Notes under the pieces: generated by a model
Told to the model about the DNA's origin: nothing
Database searches by the model: none
What the model saw: the letters and a program-made list of their open reading frames with translations, nothing else
Position numbers and translations under genes: made by a program
In this document: positions 9,700 to 19,202 of the stretch, one piece after another
Layout of the letters: every line of letters starts with the position of its first letter
Position numbering within the stretch: position 1 is the first letter of the stretch
Assembly (NCBI GenBank): GCA_013151235.1
Contig: JAADIO010000032.1
Coordinates: 2,166-66,165, forward strand
DNA: 64,000 nt
Source of the DNA: Deltaproteobacteria bacterium
Lineage (GTDB): Bacteria; CG2-30-53-67
Reading direction: 5' to 3'

Positions 9700-11565
9700 T
9701 CACTGAGGTTTGAAGCACTCCAGCCATAAAGAAAAGATGAACAGGCTCCAGAGTACGGTTCCGTGGTCTTCTTTTCCCGACAGGTGCCTGTCCCATAGAG
9801 TACGAATCTCCGGGAGATGAAAATAGGGGGCCATCTGCTCATTCGCAAAGAGGGCGTCTTCGGCCATGGGTCTCAGTTCATGGCGGAGCCAGTCCGCCAG
9901 CGGGACGACAAAACCATGTTTTTCCCTGTGGATGATGTCCTTCCCGACGATTTCCCCAAACGCTCTTTTCAATAGATATTTTTGCGTGGTCCCATGCAGT
10001 TTCAAAGAGGAGGGGATCCTCGCCGCATATTCTATGATCTTATGATCCAGGAGGGGAGAGCGAACCTCCAGGGAGTTGGCCATGCTCATGCGGTCTACCT
10101 TGGCCAGGATATCGCCCGGAAGATAGAGCTTCAGATCGGTATATAAGATCCTGGACAGATGATCCGGGCCATTTGCCTTGTCGTAAAATTTTTTTACATG
10201 CCCCGAAGGATCATAAGCCTCAACTTCTTTTCGGAAGCTGTCGGATGCCACCCGGCGTAATTGCCGGTCTGTGATAAAGGTGTTTGTAACATAGAAGGCT
10301 TCCGCCGGCGAGAGGAGGGAGGATCTACAGAGCGAATGCAGCCTCTTGAGCGGTCCCCTTTCCGCTTCTTGGGTGAATCGCATGACACCGCTGAGCAGGG
10401 ATCCGGGAACCCATTGCCGGGCAAGGTTTTCATACCGGTCCACGGTATATTTGTCATAGCCGGCAAAGTTTTCGTCCCCGCCGTCACCCGACAACGCGAC
10501 GGTGACGTTCTTTCTGGCAATTTCCGAAACATAATAGGTCGGCACCATGGAGGAGTCGGCAAATGGTTCGTCACAGTGCCAGACCAGTTTTTTGATGATC
10601 CTGGCCGGTTCGTCATGGATATAATATTCGTGATGGTCGGTCCCGAGTCTTGCAGCGAACGCCTTCGCGTACACGGCTTCATCGTGTTTTTTGTCGTCAA
10701 AACCGATGGTGCAGGTCTTGACAGTCCGGTCTTTCGTCCGTGCCATCAAGGCGACGATGCCGGACGAATCCACCCCGCCGCTCAGGAAGGCCCCGAGAGG
10801 CACATCGGATATAAGTCTGCACCGTACGGCCTCTTCTATTTTATGGAGAAGTTCTTCTTCAAGTTCCGTGATGTCCGCCCGAACAGGCCTTGAGAAATCT
10901 ACATCCCAATATTCCGTGATCTTCAAGGCTCCATTTCGGTAGGTCAGATAATGCCCCGGTTCCAGTTTCCGTATTTGGCGATAGATACTTTTGGGATGAG
11001 GGACATAGAGGTATTTCAGGTAATCGATCAGTGCGGTCGGATCGATCTCCCTTCCGACGCCGATTTCGAGGAGGGACTTGATTTCAGAGGAAAAAGCAAA
11101 CCGGTCTTCGGCAAAATAATAATAGAAAGGTTTCTTGCCGATCCGGTCTCTCGCGGCGAACAGCCCGCCCTCCAGCCTGTCCCATATTGCGAAGGCGAAC
11201 ATCCCTCTAATTTGTTCCAGACAGGCCGGTCCGTATGCCGCGTAGCTGGCAAGAAGGACCTCCGTGTCGGTCCGGGTGTGGAACCGGAATCCCCGGTCTG
11301 ATAATGCGCGACGCAATTCCTGAAAATTATATATTTCCCCGTTAAAAACAATCGTAAATCTCCCGTCGGCGCTTGTCATCGGCTGTCTGCCGTCCCCGGA
11401 AAGGTCGATGATCGAAAGTCTTCTGTGGCAAAGTCCCATACTTGCATCCAGAAAGATGTCGCCCATGTCAGGGCCCCTATGGGTCATGACAGCGTTCATC
11501 CGTTCCAGCGACTTTTCCGGAAAGTCTCCCAGCATATTCCGGGTAGCTCCTGCAATACCGCACAT
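9700..11565 (-). CDS. Asparagine synthase (glutamine-hydrolysing)-type amidotransferase, exosortase-locus associated
   Basis: 621 aa. MCGIAG N-terminal nucleophile Cys, SGGVDSS PP-loop, and a C-terminal AsnB domain. Confidence 0.9.
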   Translation of the reverse strand: MCGIAGATRNMLGDFPEKSLERMNAVMTHRGPDMGDIFLDASMGLCHRRLSIIDLSGDGRQPMTSADGRFTIVFNGEIYNFQELRRALSDRGFRFHTRTDTEVLLASYAAYGPACLEQIRGMFAFAIWDRLEGGLFAARDRIGKKPFYYYFAEDRFAFSSEIKSLLEIGVGREIDPTALIDYLKYLYVPHPKSIYRQIRKLEPGHYLTYRNGALKITEYWDVDFSRPVRADITELEEELLHKIEEAVRCRLISDVPLGAFLSGGVDSSGIVALMARTKDRTVKTCTIGFDDKKHDEAVYAKAFAARLGTDHHEYYIHDEPARIIKKLVWHCDEPFADSSMVPTYYVSEIARKNVTVALSGDGGDENFAGYDKYTVDRYENLARQWVPGSLLSGVMRFTQEAERGPLKRLHSLCRSSLLSPAEAFYVTNTFITDRQLRRVASDSFRKEVEAYDPSGHVKKFYDKANGPDHLSRILYTDLKLYLPGDILAKVDRMSMANSLEVRSPLLDHKIIEYAARIPSSLKLHGTTQKYLLKRAFGEIVGKDIIHREKHGFVVPLADWLRHELRPMAEDALFANEQMAPYFHLPEIRTLWDRHLSGKEDHGTVLWSLFIFSLWLECFKPQ

Positions 11566-11615
11566 CGATCTGGACCTCCGTTGAAGCTTTGCTTGTGGTG
11601 TCGGGGGCGGAACCG

Positions 11616-12533
11616 TCAGAAAATGGCGCAGAATCTTGCAAGATAATACACATTATAGAGGAGAAGCAGATGGGGATATTGTCTCATACCCGAGTTATGT
11701 CGAATCTTCAGTCCGGCTGAGATCATCAGGGGGGTTTGCCACAGGATAATCATTGCATAAAGCCATGTGGTTTCCGCTCGTATGACGAGCAATATAAAAA
11801 TGAGCAGCACAAAGATCCCAAAATAAAAGGGAAGGACAAGACTCGGCACTTCTTTGAATCGAAAACCATGTCTGAGGGCTCCCCGGTAATTACTTTTCCC
11901 GCGCCAGAGTTCCTTGCGGAAGAACTCCCGGATTGTTCGCGCCTCTCCATGATGGATCGCTTTGATGTCCGGATCCGAGATGATTTTTCCCTGTGCCGAG
12001 AGGCGATAGGAAATGTCCACATCTTCACAGGTGGTCAAGGTTTCGTCAAAGCCTCCAACTTGTTCAAAAGCATCTTTCCGCACGAATAGATTCATCGATT
12101 CCAGCCAGTCCGTTTCCCGGAGTTTTTCCTCCGGATTCCGTACCAGGAGCCAGGTTTGTTGTACCCAGGTCGGGTTTGCGGGAATATACGGTGGCGATCC
12201 GAAACAGGCGACATCTTCCCGTTGAAAGTACCGGGAGGCACTTTCAAGCCAGTCTCGTTCCACCGTACAGTCTGCGTCAAGAAAAGCGAGCACCTTGCCC
12301 CTCGATTTTTTTGCTCCGTAATTTCTCAGCGCTGAGACCGTAACCCCGGGTCTTCGGTAGACGATTCCTCCGCAGGACTTTGCAAGGTCTGCCGTTCTGT
12401 CCGTCGAGCCATTGTCCACCACGATCACCTCGTATTCCTTTGAAGAGAACGTATTTGCATGGATCGATTTCATGCAGCGAACAATATTCATTTCTTCGTT
12501 TCTTGCGGGTATGATGATGGAGATCAGGATCAT
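11616..12533 (-). CDS. Glycosyltransferase family 2
   Basis: 305 aa. ISIIIPARNEE...VVDNGSTDRT...FLDADC (DxD-type motif), followed by C-terminal TM helices. Confidence 0.8.
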   Translation of the reverse strand: MILISIIIPARNEEMNIVRCMKSIHANTFSSKEYEVIVVDNGSTDRTADLAKSCGGIVYRRPGVTVSALRNYGAKKSRGKVLAFLDADCTVERDWLESASRYFQREDVACFGSPPYIPANPTWVQQTWLLVRNPEEKLRETDWLESMNLFVRKDAFEQVGGFDETLTTCEDVDISYRLSAQGKIISDPDIKAIHHGEARTIREFFRKELWRGKSNYRGALRHGFRFKEVPSLVLPFYFGIFVLLIFILLVIRAETTWLYAMIILWQTPLMISAGLKIRHNSGMRQYPHLLLLYNVYYLARFCAIF

Positions 12534-12540
12534 GAATCAT

Positions 12541-14985
12541 TCAGTCCGACTGCAACCTGTGGAACTTGGTCCATGTGACCGGCTGTTTGTTCAATATTCC
12601 CTTATAGATTCCGTATAATGCCGCTCCATTCATCAGGCAGAAATAATAAGGAAACAGGAATGTTTGTAATGGGTGGTCTCTCCGCTTTACCACGAAACCG
12701 GTGAAGGCGAATCCGTAGAAGAGAAACTGGACGGCCAAGATCATGCGGTAACCCGGCTGTCCGTAGGACAGGGCGAGGTGAATATTTGCAAGAAACAATG
12801 AAATCAGGAAAAAAGGCGCAAACCAGCGCAGCAGTTTATGTGACAGATAACAAAACATCTCCCGTGTGACGAGGGATGAGGGGATCCCCTGCCTCTGCTT
12901 GAGCGACTGGATGGCTCCCGCGATGACCCTTGCTTGCCGGAAGAATTCCTCCCGGGGAGAAAGAAAATTCCGTTCTTCTGCGATCGCTTCTTCTTCGTAT
13001 ATCAGGCGGTGACCGCTCGAGACGATCGTCATAGAAATTACAAAGTCGTCCAGAATGGTATCCGGCGGTGGTGGTACGAAAAGTTCTTTCCGGATGGCGT
13101 ACAGGCCGCCGTCGGCCCCGATCATGGATCCAAGATCCGTCTCTTTCCGCTGGATCCAGCGTTCATAGATGTAATAGATTGATCCGGATTTCCCCAAAGT
13201 TGTTTCCTCGCCGCGGAGGATTACGTCCGCGCTGACGGCCCCTACGGAAGGGTCGGCGAAGTTTTGTACCAGTTTACGTACGGCATCCCGTCGGCACATG
13301 GTGTTGGCATCGGAAAAAATGATGATCTCACTGTCAATCTCCGGGACCGTCTTGTTGATCACCGCTGTTTTCCCTTCTCGGGTCTGATATTGCATTAGGG
13401 TTACGCGATCCTCATCCTCCCGGAACTTTTGTATCCTTTCTCGGGTGCGGTCCGTAGACCCGTCGGAAGCAATGATAAACTTGATTTTGTCTGTTGGATA
13501 GTCCAGTTCAAGGCAGTTCCTGATTTTCTCTTCGATGACTTCCTCTTCGTTATATGCACAAATCAACAAAGAGACCGTTGGAGTGATCTCCTGTTTCTTG
13601 ATCTTCCTTCGATAAAAGAGAGTGACGATTCCCAAGATAAGCGGATAACCGACATACACGTATCCGAGCAGGAGAAGTGAGAACCGGAAAACAAGGTGTG
13701 TGAAAAACCGGAGCGGAATCCGGCCTAAGTGGAGAGCGAGACAGATTGCATAGATCGACAGCACTGCCATGAACAGGTGGATGATACAGCGGTTCCGGGT
13801 GAGGAGGTTTTCGGATACTTTGTCTTCTTGCCCTCTCGCGTGGTTCCATGTCGAGATGATATTTCCCTGCAAGCTTTTTGCGATACCCAGCAGGGAGGCA
13901 ATGTTCATCAGAATGAAGTAGTAGGCATAGGGAACAAGAGGCGCCCGGATATGTTTTTCGGAAAGGAGCATTCCCAGATAAGCCATACCGGTGAATGCTA
14001 CAATAAAGAGAAATGTGAATTGATAGACGGATCGTCCGGAAGCGGAGAGCAGGAAGCAGGAAACAAAGAATAAAAACAGAAATAGAGGTGAAAACCATCG
14101 CAGCAGTTTGTGAGAAATAACCTCAAGCGCGAATATTCCCGTTTTGAAAGGGTTCATAACGCCTTTCAGTCTCATCAGGCCGCTGAAGCTCCTGTTGACG
14201 ATCCGGATTTTACGTCTGAACTCTTTTTCATAGGTCCCGGCCGCCTCTTCATAGGAAATTGCGGCGGGTTCATAGATGCCGCGGTATCCTTTCAAAATGA
14301 TCTGGAGGGGGTTCACGAAATCATTGATGTCTGTTTCTAATAACGGTTCGTAAAGATCTTTCCGGATTGCATAGATGGCGCCATCGCCGCCGACGATGGA
14401 ATGCAGGTCGGACTCCATTTTTTTAATGAGGGTTTCATGATTCCAGTAGAGGTTTTCGCTTTTCCCGGCCATGGTTCTTCCCGGATCGGTGTAACGGGCT
14501 TGTCCCACGACGTATCCCACGGTGGGATCATGAAAATTTCGGACTAATTTTTTAATTGCATTCTTCCGGTAGATTGCATTGGCATCGGAAAAGATGATCA
14601 GTTCACCCTTTGCGAGCGGTATCGCCAGGTTGAGGCCGGATGTTTTGCCCATACGTTTTTCTTGGCGAACCAGCCTCACCCCTCGGTCCTCATATTCGCG
14701 AACGATCGAGTCTGTCTGATCCGTAGATGCATCGGAGACGACCAGTATATCCAGCTTGCCTTTTGGATAGTCCAGCGACAAACAGTTTTCAAGCTTCGAT
14801 CGGATAACATCCTCTTCATTGTAGCAGGAGATCAGCAAACTGACGGACGCTCCGGTCTTCTCCCGGAGGATTTCTTTTTTCGGAATTACAAATCGCAGTA
14901 CCACGAGGAGAAGCGGGTATCCGATGTAAGTATAGAGAAGTATCAGAAGTGACAGGAATGCAGTGACCTCAAGAAAAGGGATCAT
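12541..14985 (-). CDS. Tandem-duplicated membrane glycosyltransferase family 2 (two complete GT2 modules in one polypeptide)
   Basis: 814 aa. Module 1 reads VSLLISCYNEEDVI..LDYP..VSDASTD..IIFSDANAIY..SHKLLRWFSP. Module 2 reads VSLLICAYNEEEVI..LDYP..ASDGSTD..IIFSDANTMC..SHKLLRWFAP. Each module is flanked by TM helices. Confidence 0.8.
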   Translation of the reverse strand: MIPFLEVTAFLSLLILLYTYIGYPLLLVVLRFVIPKKEILREKTGASVSLLISCYNEEDVIRSKLENCLSLDYPKGKLDILVVSDASTDQTDSIVREYEDRGVRLVRQEKRMGKTSGLNLAIPLAKGELIIFSDANAIYRKNAIKKLVRNFHDPTVGYVVGQARYTDPGRTMAGKSENLYWNHETLIKKMESDLHSIVGGDGAIYAIRKDLYEPLLETDINDFVNPLQIILKGYRGIYEPAAISYEEAAGTYEKEFRRKIRIVNRSFSGLMRLKGVMNPFKTGIFALEVISHKLLRWFSPLFLFLFFVSCFLLSASGRSVYQFTFLFIVAFTGMAYLGMLLSEKHIRAPLVPYAYYFILMNIASLLGIAKSLQGNIISTWNHARGQEDKVSENLLTRNRCIIHLFMAVLSIYAICLALHLGRIPLRFFTHLVFRFSLLLLGYVYVGYPLILGIVTLFYRRKIKKQEITPTVSLLICAYNEEEVIEEKIRNCLELDYPTDKIKFIIASDGSTDRTRERIQKFREDEDRVTLMQYQTREGKTAVINKTVPEIDSEIIIFSDANTMCRRDAVRKLVQNFADPSVGAVSADVILRGEETTLGKSGSIYYIYERWIQRKETDLGSMIGADGGLYAIRKELFVPPPPDTILDDFVISMTIVSSGHRLIYEEEAIAEERNFLSPREEFFRQARVIAGAIQSLKQRQGIPSSLVTREMFCYLSHKLLRWFAPFFLISLFLANIHLALSYGQPGYRMILAVQFLFYGFAFTGFVVKRRDHPLQTFLFPYYFCLMNGAALYGIYKGILNKQPVTWTKFHRLQSD

Positions 14986-16133
14986 AGGCTTCCCTGATAA
15001 AGTTGCAAATAACGTGACAGCATTTTCTGGAAGGAAAAGTCTTTGGACGCCCTTTCGGCGGCATTGGCCCCCATGGTTTTTTGTTTCTCTGGGGAACGAA
15101 GCAGTTCCAGGACCTTGGTTGCCATGGTCTGTTCCTCTCCGGTGGGTACAAGGTATCCGGTTTTCCCATCGATTACAACCTCGGGGTTTCCTCCTACTGC
15201 TGTTACAACAGAAGGGACTCCGGCGGCCATGGATTCCAGGAGTGTGATCGAAATTCCTTCCGTAAAGGATGTGAGAAGAAACACGTCAAACAAGGGATAG
15301 ATTTCCGGCAGGTCGTATCTCAGTCCCAAGAAAACCACCCGGTCTTCGACGCCGAGATGTTTCGAAAGATCTTTCAGCTCTTTCTCCTTAGGGCCTTTCC
15401 CCGCGATCAGCAGATAGGTTTGCGGCATTTGAGCCAGAACACGCTTGAAAACGTGAAGCAACATGGGGATATTTTTGATCTCGTCGAGACGGGCGGCCGT
15501 GCCCATAACCCGGCTTGTGTTATCCAACTGCAGCAACCGGCGTTTTGTGGATGGAACGATATTTGTCTTGGAGTCGTCAAAGTGCACGCCGTTAAAGATA
15601 ACTTCTATCTTTTGTGCGGGGAAGTTATCATACATCACCATGGCTTTTTTCGTGCTTTCAGAGATGGAAACGATATGGTCTGTCATGCCGGCAAGCAGCG
15701 GATTAAAGAGGTATCTCTTTATTCTTCGCCGATCAGGATATAATCGACCATGCTCTGTAAATATGAGTCTGATTTTCTTTCCCATTAATGAGGAGAGAAC
15801 CGCATAGAAATAGGGGGTATATTGATGGGCATGTACCACATCGATTTTTTCTCGGACAATGATCCTGTTTAAGCGTTTAACGAGGCCCCAGTCGATGCCC
15901 CTTTTTCTTTTAAGGTAATAGACCCGGATACCCTGTGTGACCAATTTGTCACCCAGGGGGCCGATCATGTCGAGGCAGCAGACAGTGGGGGTAATGTTTT
16001 TTTGCGGAAGCCCCTGAATTATGTCATAGACCAGTTTTTCTGCTCCTCCCACACCCATAGAGAGCACCACAAACAAAACGCGAAGGAGCCTTCTGTTGTG
16101 ACTGTCTATACTTATTTTTTTGGAATATGGCAT
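14982..16133 (-). CDS. Glycosyltransferase family 4
   Basis: 383 aa. GVGGAEK N-terminal motif and EGISITLLESMAAGVPSVVTAVGGNPEVV. 4-nt overlap with the downstream tandem GT2. Confidence 0.85.
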   Translation of the reverse strand: MPYSKKISIDSHNRRLLRVLFVVLSMGVGGAEKLVYDIIQGLPQKNITPTVCCLDMIGPLGDKLVTQGIRVYYLKRKRGIDWGLVKRLNRIIVREKIDVVHAHQYTPYFYAVLSSLMGKKIRLIFTEHGRLYPDRRRIKRYLFNPLLAGMTDHIVSISESTKKAMVMYDNFPAQKIEVIFNGVHFDDSKTNIVPSTKRRLLQLDNTSRVMGTAARLDEIKNIPMLLHVFKRVLAQMPQTYLLIAGKGPKEKELKDLSKHLGVEDRVVFLGLRYDLPEIYPLFDVFLLTSFTEGISITLLESMAAGVPSVVTAVGGNPEVVIDGKTGYLVPTGEEQTMATKVLELLRSPEKQKTMGANAAERASKDFSFQKMLSRYLQLYQGSL

Positions 16134-16135
16134 TT

Positions 16136-17272
16136 TTAGAAGATGGATTCTTTGGCTCGCCGGTAATAATATTTCAGGGTTTCCAGCATGGAGGGATAAT
16201 AGACCCGCATGTTGCAGTTGTTGCAGATCGCGATCTTTTTCTTTTGCTGCAGCGACACGAATTGCCTGTGTCTTTCATTTCCCCATATTTTGTCCAGGTC
16301 TGTTTTTAGAAGATTTCCAATGACGTAGGAGCGGTAAAACGGACAGGGAACGACATCTCCGTTCGGATTGAGAGTGACAAAGGTGGTTGCAATATGACAG
16401 TGTTTATAATCATACAGGCCCGACAGAAATGTCTGTTCGCTGGTGACGTCGAGCGCTCTGAAATTTACATAGATTTTCTGATGATGTTTCTTTGTCTGCT
16501 TGATGAGTTCTTTGAACTCGACCAGTTGCTCACGGTTCAGCAGGTGTGATGCATCCTCGGAAGATACGAAGTAGGGCTCGGGCTGAACTCCGTTGATCTT
16601 GGATAAATTGATGTTCTCCTGGCTAAATTCCCCTAAAAACCGGGGGTAAACTGCATCGATATGGTATTGTTCAAGAAACCGGATAATTTGGGGAAAATCC
16701 CGGTAATTCATGTTGGAAAGCGTGTTGCATATAATGATCTTGGGGTAGGTGCGGGAGCCTCGGATATCAATGAAGTTCTCGAGTGCATCCGTTATTTTCT
16801 GAAAGGTTCCGTCGATGCCCCGGATCCCGTCATGCTTTGTGCCGACATCGTCTATAGAGAGATAGACGGTATGTAACCCGTACTCTATCAAGGTGCGGAT
16901 CGTTTCTTTGTCGCACAGATTCCCGTTTGTCGGGAAATAGGTCCGGATCCCGTTTTTTGCACAATATTGAATCATATCAAAAACGGCATCCTTTCTTAAA
17001 AGGGCATCGCCGCCGAAGATTTCAAATGACCGGATGCCGTGATCTTTCAGTCTTGCAAGAATCGTCAGCCACTCGTCTCGACCTAATTCTTGCGGTTGTT
17101 CGCTGTTCCTCTTCCATATATTGCAGGTCTTGCACCGGCTTGTGCACCGATAGGTTAAAAACCCCATAGAGTCCGCTGCGCTTAAGGATAAATGGCGATA
17201 TTCATAGCGGATCAATTCCGGGATCTCCCGGAGGCCGGGAACGATATTTCGGATGATTTTAGAGGCATTCAT
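16136..17272 (-). CDS. Radical SAM protein with C-terminal SPASM/twitch-like Cys cluster
   Basis: CTSRCKTCNIW (CxxxCxxC) near the N-terminus. C-terminal HC..x..GDVVPC...CNNC cysteines. I chose the start at MNASKII (17272) to avoid overlap with the upstream DUF362 gene. Confidence 0.75.
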   Translation of the reverse strand: MNASKIIRNIVPGLREIPELIRYEYRHLSLSAADSMGFLTYRCTSRCKTCNIWKRNSEQPQELGRDEWLTILARLKDHGIRSFEIFGGDALLRKDAVFDMIQYCAKNGIRTYFPTNGNLCDKETIRTLIEYGLHTVYLSIDDVGTKHDGIRGIDGTFQKITDALENFIDIRGSRTYPKIIICNTLSNMNYRDFPQIIRFLEQYHIDAVYPRFLGEFSQENINLSKINGVQPEPYFVSSEDASHLLNREQLVEFKELIKQTKKHHQKIYVNFRALDVTSEQTFLSGLYDYKHCHIATTFVTLNPNGDVVPCPFYRSYVIGNLLKTDLDKIWGNERHRQFVSLQQKKKIAICNNCNMRVYYPSMLETLKYYYRRAKESIF

Positions 17273-17282
17273 TGATTTGCCC

Positions 17283-18296
17283 TTACAGGGAAAGATGGAT
17301 GCTGCGCGGGTTGGTTGTCCCCAATCCACGATCGGCGGCGGTCTGGATGAAGACCGGGGCAGGAGACACCGGTTCCAGGCCGTGTTCTTTGCGTTTCTTA
17401 TCGATGATTTTCCATCCGGTATAATCTATCGCTACCGGATCGTCTGAAATGATCAGTTGATTCAAGGGATCTACATATTTCTGGTCTCTTCCGTTGATCC
17501 ACTTGTATTCGACGAAGATGGCGTCCAGCACGATCAGGCGGGTCTTGTCCCGGATTTGCGGTTGGGCGTTCAGGTGGGGCAAAAACTCCATGATATCCTT
17601 GTGGTGATGCGACGGGTTCCCGATGGAGCCGTAATGATTCTTCATGCTGAGAGATACGCCGGAGTAACCTTCCAGGGCCTTCAGGACAGGCACATTGATC
17701 AGATAATCACACCGGTATTTGTTCTCACTGAGAGGAATGCCGCCGGTTAACAATTTCGCCATACGGTTAAAAAGGAAACGGTGATAACCACCGAGATCGT
17801 CGACCGTCCCGACCTTGATCCCCGGCCCGAGATTTTTCTCGAAGCCGGCATAACGGAATGCGTGATCGGTCTTGTCATAGATGACGATATTGTCCGGTCG
17901 GACCCCACGCTGGATCAGTCCGTCCGTGACAGCCTTGACAACCTTCGATTTGGTATAGATGCCTTGGATCTGGCAGTTAATCTTGATCGCAACCCTCTTG
18001 GCCGGATCCGGAATGATTTTTGACCAAGCTTTTAACAAGTTTCTTTCACCGGTAAAAGACTTGATCCCTTCATCCAGCATCTGTTTGATCACTTGTTCAT
18101 CCAGATTCTTGTTATCGCGTTCGTCCGTAAGGTCTGATGCCCTGTCGTGATGGACGGAGACGAGCATACTCTTTCTTCCACTGTGCGCATGACTGTTTTT
18201 CAGAGAGGGCAACCACTTCAGGAAAAAACCGGCACCCAGAACAGATAAAACTTTTACCAGGAAGTGTCGCCGGTTTATATTACGTAAAAACGACAT
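17283..18296 (-). CDS. DUF362-like protein with twin-arginine (Tat) signal
   Basis: 337 aa. N-terminal NRRHFLVKVLSVLGAGFF looks like a Tat signal. The body (VAIKINCQ..., DPVAIDYTGWKII) resembles DUF362 proteins, a family call made from memory. Confidence 0.5.
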   Translation of the reverse strand: MSFLRNINRRHFLVKVLSVLGAGFFLKWLPSLKNSHAHSGRKSMLVSVHHDRASDLTDERDNKNLDEQVIKQMLDEGIKSFTGERNLLKAWSKIIPDPAKRVAIKINCQIQGIYTKSKVVKAVTDGLIQRGVRPDNIVIYDKTDHAFRYAGFEKNLGPGIKVGTVDDLGGYHRFLFNRMAKLLTGGIPLSENKYRCDYLINVPVLKALEGYSGVSLSMKNHYGSIGNPSHHHKDIMEFLPHLNAQPQIRDKTRLIVLDAIFVEYKWINGRDQKYVDPLNQLIISDDPVAIDYTGWKIIDKKRKEHGLEPVSPAPVFIQTAADRGLGTTNPRSIHLSL

Positions 18297-18314
18297 GCGT
18301 TACCCCGTGCTCGA

Positions 18315-19187
18315 TTACGTGTGGAAAACATTCTGCATGATGGAATATACCTTTTTATCCCTTCCGGTTTTGTCTTTCAGATAGTCATCGAGAATGCCTG
18401 CATCGATGTTTTGCCAGACCCGTTGAAGTACTTCCGGAGTGATCATTCGATTCAGGTACAGTGCTCCTTTCTCCGTTAATGCGCAACTCCGGGCTCGATC
18501 GTTTTCGATATCTTCTATGGCCCGGATCATCATTTCGATGCCGAGTTTTACGACCTTTACATAAAGTGTTTCCGGGTTGTCAATTCCGGATATCTCCGGC
18601 CTTCCCTGGTACAGTATGTCCCCGTCATCGATTCCCTTGTCCACGTAATGTACGGTGGCGCCGATATATTCCGGTTCTCCGTTAAAGAGTGCCCAAAGAG
18701 TCGTACACGTACCCCTGTATTTTTGTGCGAGTCCGCCATGTAGATTCAGCACTCCCTTGGGGGGGATGGAGAGGACCTTCTCCTGCAGCACGGACGTACC
18801 ACAGACGGCAATTACGTCGGGCTTGATCTCCTGGATCGCATGGATATAACCCGGTTCATTAATTGTTTTTCCCCCTTCCGTATATACCACCGTTTGGCCT
18901 GCATGAGGCAGGATATGGCGTCCTTCTTCACCGAAATATGTTTTATCAACGATTGTGGTCTTTCGGAAGTGTTCTTTGACAATCCGGTTATCCGATATTT
19001 TTTTGAAGAGAAGCAGTGGGTGTGCCATAAACCGGAGTGCCTTGAGTAACCGGAGAGGCAGATTGCTGCCGCCGTGCTGTTCTTCGACAAAAACGGCTGC
19101 GACATTCAGCCTTCGGGTCAACCGGTTTGCAAAGTAAATATCGGATGGATCCGAGCTGACAAGAATTACGACCTTTGGTTTGTTCAT
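18315..19187 (-). CDS. Formyltransferase-family protein (Fmt/ArnA N-domain-like)
   Basis: 290 aa. VLNLHGGLAQKYRG (the N-x-H...R-G formyltransferase catalytic motif) and HYVDKGIDDGDIL. Confidence 0.7.
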   Translation of the reverse strand: MNKPKVVILVSSDPSDIYFANRLTRRLNVAAVFVEEQHGGSNLPLRLLKALRFMAHPLLLFKKISDNRIVKEHFRKTTIVDKTYFGEEGRHILPHAGQTVVYTEGGKTINEPGYIHAIQEIKPDVIAVCGTSVLQEKVLSIPPKGVLNLHGGLAQKYRGTCTTLWALFNGEPEYIGATVHYVDKGIDDGDILYQGRPEISGIDNPETLYVKVVKLGIEMMIRAIEDIENDRARSCALTEKGALYLNRMITPEVLQRVWQNIDAGILDDYLKDKTGRDKKVYSIMQNVFHT

Positions 19188-19202
19188 ACGCGCTTTGAAA
19201 AT

